From contig NIVC01000038.1 in the NCBI GenBank assembly GCA_002269645.1, forward strand, positions 496,001-560,000: 64,000 nucleotides of DNA, in the 5' to 3' direction. Position 1 is the stretch's first letter. Each line of letters begins with the position of its first letter. Positions 22,845-34,560 of the stretch are shown in pieces. The DNA comes from Macrostomum lignano (taxonomy: Eukaryota). The notes beneath the pieces were generated by a model that had not been told where the DNA came from, ran no database searches, and saw only the letters and a program-made list of their open reading frames with translations. A program made the translations under genes and the position numbers.

Positions 22845-24095
22845 GCTATACTAGCTAGGCTTATAGCTTGCAAATTTATATCAAAATTTATATTTAATAT
22901 ATGCTAACTAACCTATTATTATTTAGCATATCTAAGAATATATTTATCTTTTTTCTAATCCTAATCTTTTCAGAAATCCAGCTTTTCCTTAGCCTTAGTC
23001 TTTTAGAATAGATACAATTTTTGACCTTAATATATTTTTCAATTTAGTTTCTTTTCTAGCTATAATAATCCTTATTTGAATCTTGTTTAGTTTAAATAAT
23101 CCTTCTTAGAAGCTATTTTATCCTCAAGCCTAGCCTTAATTTGTCTAACAATGTAGCTTTCCCTTGTCTAAATCATGGCCACCTAATCCTTTAAGGAATC
23201 TATCTTTTCTCTTATCTTAATCCTCTAAGAAATCCAGCCACTTCTCTATCTCAATCCTCTAGGAAATTTGGTTGACGGTCATTTCGTCTGCCACCTTTTC
23301 GTCTGCCGCCTTTTCGTCTGCCAATATACGATATAGTCGTTTCGTCTGCCAATATATATAATATATAAATCGGAATAACTAATTATGTCATCAAGCTTCG
23401 CATGGAAGTGTAATGTAAATGTCTTATTAATTCTAATTTATTATAATGCTAGGATTTTCTGCAAGTTCCGGAGCTAATATGTTGCATAATATATAAATAC
23501 ACAAAGCCAGAAGCAAATATCTCCAAGTTCCAACCGTTTAGTTTCCTTCCAACTTTCTTTTTTTTCGTGTATGTAAACTCATATGCAATTTATTCACGAA
23601 TAGGGGGCCTACAGGTAGCTTAAATGCACAAAGTGTAAAATGTAAGGAGCAATCGAAATTGTAGGCACAGAAAATGTAAACTCATGCAATTTATTCACGA
23701 ATACAAGTAGCTTAAATGCACAAAGTGTTAAAAAAGGTAAGTTAGGTTTCGTAGAAAATGAAGAAAAACAAAATGTATCAATATAAATAAGAAAACATAC
23801 TTAAAACTTGCTTATACTAATTTATTTTAATTCCCTACATAAAAATTACGAAATAAGTGAACCAAAATAAACATAAATAAAAAAGTCGTTTCGTCTGCTA
23901 AAATTCTTTGGCAGACGAAAAGGCGGCAGATGAAATGACCGCGGACCGGAAATTTAGCTGCTTTCTTATCCAAATCCTTTAGGGTATCTAGCCACTTCCT
24001 ATTCCCAATCCTCTAGAGAATTCAGCCACTCTCCTTTCCCAATCCTCTGGGGAATCTAGCCTTTTCCTTCCCAATCCTTTGGGGAATCTAGCCCA
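22845..24095 (-). repeat. Inverted copy of the 34-bp-satellite element and its unique 3' tail
   Basis: The reverse complement of 22845-23270 aligns with about 17330-17710, ending CTAGCTAGTATAG. 34-bp units resume after the MITE at 23948. Confidence 0.88.
23270..23947. mobile_element. MITE with about 40-bp TIRs and an 8-bp target-site duplication
   Basis: Left TIR GGTTGACGGTCATTTCGTCTGCCACCTTTTCGTCTGCC versus right (reverse complement) GGTCCGCGGTCATTTCATCTGCCGCCTTTTCGTCTGCC. GGAAATTT lies at both 23262-23269 and 23948-23955. Confidence 0.9.
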
Positions 24096-25254
24096 AAGAG
24101 GTATAAAAAATTAAGTAAATAGATACATAAGTATAAATATGTATAAATTTGAAAAAATGGATTATGTTTTAAAGTAGCCTATAGACTTAAATGTAAGATT
24201 TTCCTTTTCTTTTAAACTTAAATTATCTAAAATTTAGCATAGGCCTAAGTGGATCTGAAATATACTATGACAAAAATATATATTTAATTCACCATATGCC
24301 ACGCAAATTTCTTTTAGGCATAGGGGGCCTATGCTCAACCATAGGCTTTTGAGCCGACAACTATGCTAGTCTGGTGGAAAGTAATTCAAATTTCTGCAAT
24401 GGTAAAGAACAAATACCAATACATTATATTAGTCATTACATCTATTGAACTTGAAGGCTTTCTATCTCAAATATGTAATTGTATGTAATTGCATCAAAAC
24501 ATTTGCATAAAAAGAAACATTAGCTTAGGCCTACTTGAAGAACTCTAAGATTGTCATTCAAAATTCCTACAACTTTAGGAAAAGCACACATGCGAATATT
24601 GGAGCCGCTGCGACTCTTCATGATAAGAATAATATGATAATCAGCAAACATCCCATGTGCCTGCAAGTGATTAGGCAAATTTATTCATTTATGCATAGGC
24701 AGTACTACTACATAGTCTGTCAGTCTGGACAAGTACAAAATTTAGAATTAAACTTTGGTGCATAGTATGCAATTCAATATAGTTACTAGATCTTCCAATT
24801 CATGTACTGAGAGACCTGGCAAAATTTTTTCTCTCGTAGCATGTTTGTACATAAGCTTTTTATTCTGCAGTTAAACTTTAAATTTATTGCTCAAAAGGCC
24901 ATGCAATCCTTGGAAAAGTTATCTGAAAAATTATCTGAAATCCTTGTACATCAATACTCCATTTAAAACAAAAAAGTAAAACTTACAAAAATAAATAAAC
25001 ATTGAAGTTTAAAGCAAAAAAGCCAAACAAAATCCTACTTGTTCCTATAGTTTTCAAAAATAGGGACTAGGCATTGGTCTTTCTTGGGCGCAAATGCCAA
25101 GTTCAACAATTCTTTTTCATGCTTAAAATAGCTAAAAATTGAATTAAAGACAAATAAACAATTACAATCATTATAAAACATGATTTCCTTAAATGAATAA
25201 AAAGGAAAGTGGAAATATAGAAGGATAGAGATAAGGAATAAAATTGCTAGACAT

Positions 25255-25755
25255 TTGATTCTCCTAAAGGATTACAATAGGAGAGTGGCTAGATTCCCTA
25301 GAGGATTTGGATAAAAAAGCAAAATTCCCTGAAAGATTGGAAAGGGGAAGTGACTGGATTCCCCAGAGGATTTGGAAAAGAAAGCAGCTAAATTCCCCAG
25401 AGGATTTGGAAAAGTGGAGTGGCTAGATTCCCTAGAGGATTCAGAAAGGGGAGGGGCTGGATTCCCCAGAGAAATTCTTAAGAGGGGTGGCTAGATTCTC
25501 TAAAGGATTGGGAAAGGGAAGTGGCCAAATTTTCCAGAGAATTAGGAAAAGGGAGTGGCTGGATTCCCTAGAGGAATTAGATAAGAAGGTAGCTAGATTG
25601 CCCAAAGGATTAGAAAAGAGAAATGCAGTGGCTGAATTCTCCAGAGGATTAGGAATAGATAGTGGCTAGATTCCCAAGAGCATTGAGAAAGAAGAATGGC
25701 TAGATTTTTCAAAGGATTGGGAAAGGGAAGTGGCTAGATTTCCCAAAGATTTCCA
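25255..25755 (+). repeat. Third, degenerate array of the 34-bp satellite
   Basis: GTGGCTAGATTCCCTAGAGGATT-type units. Confidence 0.85.
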
Positions 25756-26993
25756 ATAGGCCAATATGCAACAGGCCTAGCTGATAGCCTAGGCTGCAGT
25801 CTCGGCTTATGGCTATGCAATACTAGCCTATGGAATGGATACTTTTGCTCTAGATAGATGCTAGATAGGCCATTTAAGGTCATCATTCAGGCAAGCTTCT
25901 AACCAAAACCTTCTAGGCCTAGGGGAATTTAAGATATGCTCTTAATCTAGAGATATGCTCTTAAATATTCTAGTATTTTTAGATAGAGGCAAAAATGACA
26001 CATGGACATGACACATTTAGTTGCTTTGATAAAATTCATTAATTCAATAAAGTGGCCGTAGGTTTATGTAAATCATTTAAGTCCTGTGGCTATGTTATGC
26101 TAGGTATATATTTATAATAGTAGCTTGCCTTAAAACTTTGATATGATTTATATGAATGAATATTCAAGGATAAGCTTTAAAAGTTTATTTGATCTTTAAT
26201 ATTTTCTTGTAACTAGAAACAACTGAAGTGATCTAAGAGCTGACCTAATACATTCATAAACTAAGCCAATATAATTATATGCATGCCAATAGGCAATGAG
26301 AACTCATGAAATTAAAGGAAATTAAACATGTATAAAAGGGATATCGGAGCAGAGACATCAGCTAGGCCTTTGCCATCAAAAAAGATATTAAGTTTTATTT
26401 TCCAGTGAATATTAATTTCTTCTATATTATTAAATATAGTAGGCCCTAGGGCTTACCTTAAGACTCCTATCCCTAGCTCAAACATGGATCACAAGAAGCG
26501 GGATGTCCTTGGGATATACTTATAGGTAGTCTCAGTACATTAATGACCCATTTTTTAACAAAATTGTCTGCTTGAATTAATATTTTTATGGATACTGCCA
26601 CTGGTTAGAATATAGTTTACTTTAAAAAACATTAGTCATTAAATATTAGTCATTAGTCATTAGTCATTAGTTTTAAAAAAGTATATGTTATTGAGACTGA
26701 AAGGTGCCTCTTTAAGTTTAGCTTATATACCCTTGAGAACTTTTAAACCTGATTGCACTTGTCATTTTCCAAGGTCCGGATTGTCTAGTAGTATATGCCA
26801 GAACAAGAATCTTATCTTTCTTAGCTAAATGTATACTAGTATATGCCAAAAACAAAAAATCACTAAAATGTTATGCCAAAAATTTCTAAAAAAGGTCATT
26901 GGCTTTTTACAAGTAGAGTTTTTTAAGAAAGGCTATTATATGAACAGTCCTTTTAAAAATATTATAAATATTTTCATTTTAAACAAACTTAAA

Positions 26994-27680
26994 TCTCTAC
27001 ATATAAAAATCAAAACTCTGTGTGTCTGTGTGTGGACAATTTTGATCGCTATGGACTCCCAAACCGCTCAACCAAATTACACCAAATTTTACACCCACCC
27101 TAAACTCACTACGGAGAATGTCTTAGGCTACCTTTAAATTTCCTAAATTTGAGTCTTCCTACCTAAAAGTGCAAAAAACTGCTCAAAATGCGCGATTTTT
27201 TTACTAAAGCCTCCTTAGCGCCGCTCCACTTCTACCGATCCTCTTCAAATTTGACACAATCAATTTTCAACTATTTTGACACAATCGTGTAAAATTTCGA
27301 GTCTCAAAGTTAATCCTGAACGGCGCTGTGCACTTTTAAAGTTTGGCTGTTTTTTTCAGCGAGACAGCCACCCCAACCTCCGCCCGCCTGCCTCTTTCCC
27401 GATCTGGGCAAAGGGTGTAAATGGGTTTTAAAATGACTAACTTTCGGCTGCCATAAGTTTGCTCCACGTGAAGCGATTGACTTCTAACTTAACACAATTC
27501 TTCTTTGATTCATTCTCTGTCTAAATGTAAAGTTTCAACTCTCTAACTCAATCAGAACAGAAACTGTAAGCATGTGAAGTTTGTCTGCTTTTTCTGTTGT
27601 TTGTGCCACTCACTCACTCATTCCCCAGAGCCAGACAAAGGGTCAGGCGATAGGGCTCAATGTACATAGCGAGTGTACAG
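26994..27680 (+). mobile_element. Non-autonomous Helitron/Helentron-like element (5' end clear, 3' end uncertain)
   Basis: A|TCTCTACATATAAAAATC...TGTGTGTCTGTGTG...CCAAACCGCTCAACCAAATTACACCAAATTTT resembles the start at 57915 and typical short Helitron 5' ends. No clean hairpin-CTAG end was found. Confidence 0.45.
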
Positions 27681-28140
27681 TGTTTTGGAATAACTTTTTA
27701 ATAGCCTTCTCTGCACCCCGAGAGTGGAGAGGCTACGTTTAGCCATAACAGTTTAGTGAGAAATTCTAACCACTGCCCTCCCCTCTGTATTGGCAAACTC
27801 TGCAGCAGTTTAACAGTGGATGGCAATTGGCAAACCGAGGCAATCCAGCATGGTTTGTAAAAGCGAAATATTTATGAAAAGGCGATGCGATGCAATGCAA
27901 TACAACCCTGCTAAATTAGGCACACCATGGAAATTTTAGGTTTCTTTTAAAGGTACTGTGTAAATTTTAAATGGCCTCCTAAGAAATGCGTATTTCCTTG
28001 GTTGTTAGACTGATGCAGACTGCAGTGGAGCTGAAGATACACAAATTCCTTTCAGGACTGCAAATTGGCAAGAAAGATGACATGATCAAAGCATGAGAAT
28101 AACGATAAGAGTAGTACGTCCCACAAACTGGCTTTCGAAG

Positions 28141-28220
28141 CAGGGATCGGCAGACTTTTACTTCAAAAGCCAGATAAAGAATCCAGCTTATGTGCGGGCC
28201 ACGGGCCAGATGAGAGTGGA
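28141..28220 (+). mobile_element. Left end of a Charlie-type hAT MITE
   Basis: CAGGGATCGGCAGACTTTT...CCAGATA...GCGGGCCA resembles Charlie/MER58-like termini. GGGCCAGATGAGA is shared with the element at 42841. Confidence 0.55.
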
Positions 28221-29010
28221 AAGGAGAAGGAATAGACTATTAGAAGAGAGGAGAGGCGAGACGGGGATAAGAGAAAACATGGAAGATAAGAGGAGAGACA
28301 AGTGGTGAGGAGAAAGCAGAGAAGAAGGGAGGAAGAAGCGAGAGGAGGGGAGAAAGGAGGGAGAGGAAAGAGTAAAGGTGAGAAGAGGGGAGAGATGAGA
28401 CAGAGGATCGATGAGAGGAGAGTAAAGAAGAGTGAGAAGAGAGTAGAGATGAGAGAGCAGAAATAAGATGACAGAGGGTCAAGAGGAGAGGAGAGAGTAG
28501 AAAGGATAGAGAAAAGAGGAGATAAGAGGGGGAGAGAGGAGTGAGAAGAGAAGAGATAGAGATAAGAGAGGGGTGTAAGAAGAGGGGAGAAAGGAGAGAT
28601 GAGATTGTAGAGATGAGACAAATGAAAGGAGAGATGAGAGAGTAAAGATGAGAGATGAAAAAGGTGAGAGGAGAGTGCAAAGAGACGAGAGAAGATAATA
28701 GAGGAGAGAGAGTATAGAAGAGGGAAGAGAAAAGAAGAGAGGAGTAAGGAAAGAGAGGAGTCAGAAGAGGTGAAAGAGAAGAGTACAGAGGAGATAAGTG
28801 AGAGAACGTATTAGAGAGTAAAGATGACAGATGAGAGAGCAGAGATGAGGGTGAACAGACGAGAGATGGGAGAGTAGAGAGAACAGAAGAGAGATAAGAG
28901 AGAAGAGATTACAGAGACTAGAGGAGAGAGGAGAGACAGGGAGAGAGAAGAGGAAATAGGAGAATGAAGATGGGAGAGAGTAGAGAGGAGAAGAGAGATG
29001 GGAGAGGAGA

Positions 29011-29078
<68 letters not shown>

Positions 29079-29939
29079 GAGCAGAGAGAAACGAGAAGAG
29101 ATAAGAGAGAAAAGATAAAAGAGAAAGGAGAGATAAAAACGCAGACAAGAGAGAAGAGAGGTGAGGGAAGAGACGAGTGACGAGGGGAGAGAGAAGAGAT
29201 AAAACAAGAAAAGAGATGAGAGGAAAGAGAGAGAGGAAAGAGGTGAGAGAAGAGACGAGAGAAGAGGGGAGAGAGGAGAGAGAGAGGAAAGAGGAGAGAG
29301 GAGAGAGTTAAGAGAAGAAAGAAAAGAACTCTTTCCTCGATGAGAGGAGAGTAAAGAAGAGTGAGAAGAGAGTAGAGATGAGAGAGCAGAAAGAAGATGA
29401 CAGAGGGTCAAGAGGAGAGGAGAGAGTAGAAAGGATAGAGAAAAGAGGAGATAAGAGAGGGAGAGAGGAGTGAGAAGAGAAGAGATAGAGATAAGAGAGG
29501 GGTGTAAGAAGAGGGGAGAAAGGAGAGATGAGATTGTAGAGATGAGACAAATGAAAGGAGAGATGAGAGAGTAAAGATGAGAGATGAAAAAGGTGAGAGG
29601 AGAGTGCAAAGAGACGAGAGAAGATAATAGAGGAGAGAGAGTATAGAAGAGGGAAGAGAAAAGAAGAGAGGAGTAAGGAAAGAGAGGAGTCAGAAGAGGT
29701 GAAAGAGAAGAGTACAGCGGAGATAAGTGAGAGAACGTATTAGAGAGTAAAGATGACAGATGAGAGAGCAGAGATGAGGGTGAACAGACGAGAGATGGGA
29801 GAGTAGAGAGAACAGAAGAGAGATAAGAGAGAAGAGATTACAGAGACTAGAGGAGAGAGGAGAGACAGGGAGAGAGAAGAGGAAATAGGAGAATGAAGAT
29901 GGGAGAGAGTAGAGAGGAGAAGAGAGATGGGAGAGGAGA

Positions 29940-30021
<82 letters not shown>

Positions 30022-30650
30022 CGCACAGAGCAGAGAGAAACGAGAAGAGATAAGAGAGAAAAGATAAAAGAGAAAGGAGAGATAAAAACGCAGACAAGAG
30101 AGAAGAGAGGTGAGGGAAGAGACGAGTGACGAGGGGAGAGAGAAGAGATAAAACAAGAAAAGAGATGAGAGGAAAGAGAGAGAGGAAAGAGGTGAGAGAA
30201 GAGACGAGAGAAGAGGGGAGAGAGGAGAGAGAGAGGAAAGAGGAGAGAGGAGAGAGTTAAGAGAAGAAAGAAAAGAATAGAGAGGAGAAGGAAGAGACGA
30301 GAGAAGAGGGAGAGAGAGGAGAAGAGAGAAAACGAAAAAGTAGAGAGGAGAGAGGAGAGGAGAGAGAAAAGAAAAGGGAAGAGATGAGATAAGTGATATG
30401 AAAGAGAAGAGAGATGAGGGAAGATACGAAAGAAGATAGGAGAGAGGAGAGGAGAGAGAAAACGAAAGAGTAGAGAGGAGAGAGGAGAGGAGAGAGAAAA
30501 CGAAAAGTAGAGAGGAGACAGGAGAGAGGAGAGAAGAGAAAAGAGACAAAAGATAAGAGAGATGAAAGAGAAGAGAGATGAGGGAAGATATGAGAGAAGA
30601 GAGGAGAGAAGAGAGAGGAGAGACAAGGGACGAGAGAGAAGAGAGGAAAC
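28210..30650 (+). repeat. 2.4-kb polypurine (GA-rich) tract containing a 0.93-kb tandem duplication and (GA)n cores
   Basis: 28409-29337 is repeated at 29338-about 30278. Pure (GA)n lies at about 29015-29073 and 29943-30020. Confidence 0.95.
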
Positions 30651-31689
30651 AGAACCTTTGTCCTACCTCTATCCTACTAACTATTAACAAGTTTTTGTTT
30701 GTGTATGACCTTAGATTTCAGAATACATGCAAAAGTAGTTCCGGGGATTGGAATTCCCCGGGTTCAAAATCCGCGGGTTTCAACAGCTTGTTATACCTAT
30801 AAAAATAAATGAAAAATTCATTTTTTTAACAATAGGGCCTACTTTTTACTAAAATTATTTATTGTTGAATTTACAGAAGCGAAAAGGTTATCACTGACTT
30901 TATAGACTATACAAATTTACTTTTATTTAATGTAAAAATGTTAATTTACATTACAGTTGAATAATTTTCATGCATGGCATAACTTCATTCACCAAAATTT
31001 GTACACAAAATGGACAAATTTTTATGACAAAATTTGAATGCCAACTTTAAAAGGGGTCATTTGTATCTCAAAATTTTCTGGTATACATGTACCTTTCCCA
31101 GGTCATTTTGCATTTAGTTCAATTCCCAAATAATTATAACTATCCTGCAGCCTGATGTTAGGTAGTTCTATGTTATAGATTTTAAATTTGATATTCCTAT
31201 TGTTAAGCTATCTATCTTATCCGAAACTATAAAAATTGTTCTACTCTTCAAGATATCTTTAGCCTAGTTGTTTCAAAGGTTTTTTCAAGAGTACTAAGAT
31301 CATACAGGCGCAACCTCCAAAATTCGGTCGGCCATGCGACTTAGTTTTAATTCTTTCTTAGGAACTGCGCTTGAGCAAGTTGTTCTCTTCTCAACTTAGA
31401 TCGCATCTATTTATACTAATTGTATAAGTGAGTTAAAACAAAAATTTAATTTGTCAAAATATTATGGTAAATATATGCATTATAACAAAATGTGTTTCTT
31501 AGTTTTAGCACAAATTTAAAATGCAATGTACATTTATTAAATTCATAAAAAGAACCAAGGGGCCCTGCAAATATAAAGAAAATAAATATATAAGACTTTT
31601 TGAAAAACAATATAGATCAAGTGACATTAAAATATTCATTTTGTTCAATGTCTGACTTGATTCTAATTGCAATTTGCTTTACTTTTTCA

Positions 31690-34560
31690 GATTAATTGTC
31701 AGATTAATCTAAGGTGCCAATCTTTTAAGGCAAATAGCTTAATTGTTTCGTCAATGTCAATATTGAGAGTTTTGTAGATTGACATTAATGCCAATCTAGT
31801 TAGAAGCTCCTTGCCTGTCATTGCCTTGAGGTAGTTCTTTAAATACTTTATCATCAAAAAGGACTGCTCAGCTGTTGCCGTTGAAACTGGCAGTGTAGCA
31901 AAGATTTTAAGGGCTCTGTAGATATTAGGATAGAAGGCTGGCTTGTAGCTGTCCAATGCATCAATAATGCTGTGTGGACAATCGGCAATGTTCTTGTTCA
32001 TCTAGAATTGCTGCCACACTGCAAATTCATGGTGCAAGTCTTCGAGTGAGATGGCCGGCAATAATTGGGAGCTTTGATACCGCTCGAGGGTAGGAGAGAG
32101 GTTGGCAAATTTAATGGCCTCAGCGTTGCATACAAAAAATGGGAGCAAGTTGCTAAGCTGAGCTATAGCTCCATTTTGATGATTAAACCGATCATCAAGT
32201 GTCCAAATGAGGCTGGAAGGGACAAAAAATTGTTGTGTTGAAATTCTCAGCTATGATATGCTGAATTTGTGCTAATTGGTCCCTCTGATGGCATGCACGG
32301 GGAAGCTAATAGACCTCTAGTGATCCGTGCAGGTCGGTAGCCTCGGAGCAGATAACTGCGGCACTGGCTGCTCGGCCCAGTGACTCGGAACTTTTGTCAT
32401 CTGCAATCCAAGCCCGTAGTGTTTTTTTTAGACACTCAATCTGAAGTGGGCGGGTATACTTGTATCAAAAATATTACATAATTATAAGTTAGATATGGTA
32501 TATGGTATCCTCAAAATTGACAGAACAAATCACATATTGCTCACATTGCTCACAATTCCTCACACATACGAGAACTAAAGAAGCAAAATTAATTATTGAA
32601 TTACCTAGATCCAACAGTCGCTCAATGCAATCAAACTTTGCTGCAAACTGCTAGCAACTGGATAAGTAGCACTAAATGCGTGCTTTAGCATGATCATGCA
32701 CACTACAAACTCAGAATAAGAAATTGCAGCTAGGAATGCAAGCGCTTTGGCACGCGTCTCTGCATCATTTTCTGCCGTCAGTTCCTGCAACACGATAGAT
32801 GTTGCAACGTATAATTCAGCAAATCGCTGGCCAGCATCCAGGCGCTCCATCTATCTGGTGTCAATCATCTTTTATAATGTATTGAAATGTTAAAATTTCA
32901 ACTTTTGCAAAAATTGCGAAAAAAGAATAATATTGAAAAATACACATGTACTTTTAATACTTATAAGCAAAGTCTGCTTACAAGATGCAGACAAAACTTC
33001 ATTCACTATGCGCTTATAGTGCTTGTTGCACTTCAAAGTCGCTTTGAAACAGCTTGCAATTGATCCTATCAGGGACAATGCATCCTGCATAGAGGTGCTA
33101 GCCTTGGCAACATGGTTAATAGCCAAGTTAAGGCCATGTGATATGCAGGGAAAGTAGTCAGCAACAGCAAACTGCTGGCCATGCTGCGTTCGAATTAGAG
33201 CCTGCACCACCCCCAATTTACTCCCAATATGTTGGGCTCCATTGTAGGCCTAAGCAACAGCAATTGACTTTATACTTACATTATGCAGGAAAGTAACAAT
33301 GCTTTCTGCGATTGCACTCCATGTCGTTTGGCTTAAGTCAACAAAGCCAAGGAAGCATTCTCTTAGCTGATGCTTTTGGTTAAGTTAAGCATGCACAAAA
33401 CGAACTAAAATGGACAACTGCTAAAGACAAAAGATGTCCATGCTTTTGTCAGCCATAATAGTTACTGCACCTGCTTTATTTGCATTGTTCACAATTGCAT
33501 GTTGGATCTGCTGACCAATACACAAAATGAGCTCATTTTGAACTCCTGGACTCACGTAAGTTGCGCTGTGGTGCTATGGCTTGCAAAGATGTTTGGCCAG
33601 ATTTTTGTTGCCAGAAGCAGCCTTGAATTGAAGCAGAGCTCAGAAATTACCTTCCATACAGTCAATAGCTACATCAGATAATGGGCACTGTAGAGGCTTT
33701 TCTTCTCGGTGTCCCCGAAAAGCAATTCTGAGTCTGCTATAGAGCAGGATGGTTGATATTACTAGCCAAAGACGGAGTCTATTCTAAGTAATTTCGGCAG
33801 CAAGAGCCTTATTTTGACGCTCCTGAACATTAGGCTGCTTTAAGCTTAAAATAGAGACAAAGTTAGCCACCTTTTCTTCGCAAAACTGGTGATGCTGAGT
33901 CTTTGTATGTGCTCCAATCCCTTTTCCAGCTTCCAGCAAATGTTTGTAGTCTCTAAATGGCCAAAAAACAAAGGCTGCGTTGCGTGCAAATGACCCTGGG
34001 CCATCTTGCTGCTCATTAGGATATACATCCCAAATAAAAATGCTATAGCATTGACAAATGAGGCCATCAAGCTTTTCAGAAAATGCCATCATGCGCATTT
34101 CTGGCCGTTGCATTTGTACTTTGGTTAGCTTGAAGACATTTTGGTGGCCTGTCTATTTCTCTTGTGATGCATAGACGGCTCTGTTCGGCTTGTAATACTC
34201 CTGGAGAAAGTGCAACTTATCTTTGTCTAACATTTTGTGGTGGTCTCCAGCTAGACAAGTCTCAACAGCGAATCCAATATCATTTGGATGAAATACCAAC
34301 TGCTGCTCCTCACTATGTTCTGCTGATTCCTGACCCTCTCGGTCTGGCTGTTGTATGCTTTGCTCTAGCTGCTGCTTGTCTTGCTCTGGCTACTGCTTGT
34401 CTTGCTCTGACTGCTGCTCGCGATTGTCTTGCTCTGGCTGTCAACTATTTGTATCTTGCTATTGTCTCAGTCGTTCAAACTGTTCATCGTGTGGCTGAAA
34501 ATTTGTGTGGACGAATCCCAATAGAAATGTCTCGAAGTCAAAGTTACTCCTCTGCCAGGG
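31690..34560 (-). pseudogene. Decayed hAT transposase (ZMYM1/THAP12-like, DUF4371 plus hAT dimerization domain)
   Basis: Fragments: PNDIG, IAFRGHREE, TIMADKSMDI..*QLSILVRFV, LRECFLGFVD, *AYNGA, CISHGLNL, DTR*MER, YPNIYRALKIFATLPVSTATAEQSF. Many stops. Confidence 0.88.

Noticed and set aside
10400-26000. TET/JBP dioxygenase gene linked to the KDZ element, as in fungi
   Set aside because: No HxD...H 2OG-Fe(II) coding region was recognisable in the flanks.
28163-30690. Long Leu/Ser/Phe-rich and Arg/Glu-rich ORFs
   Set aside because: By-products of the polypurine/polypyrimidine tract.
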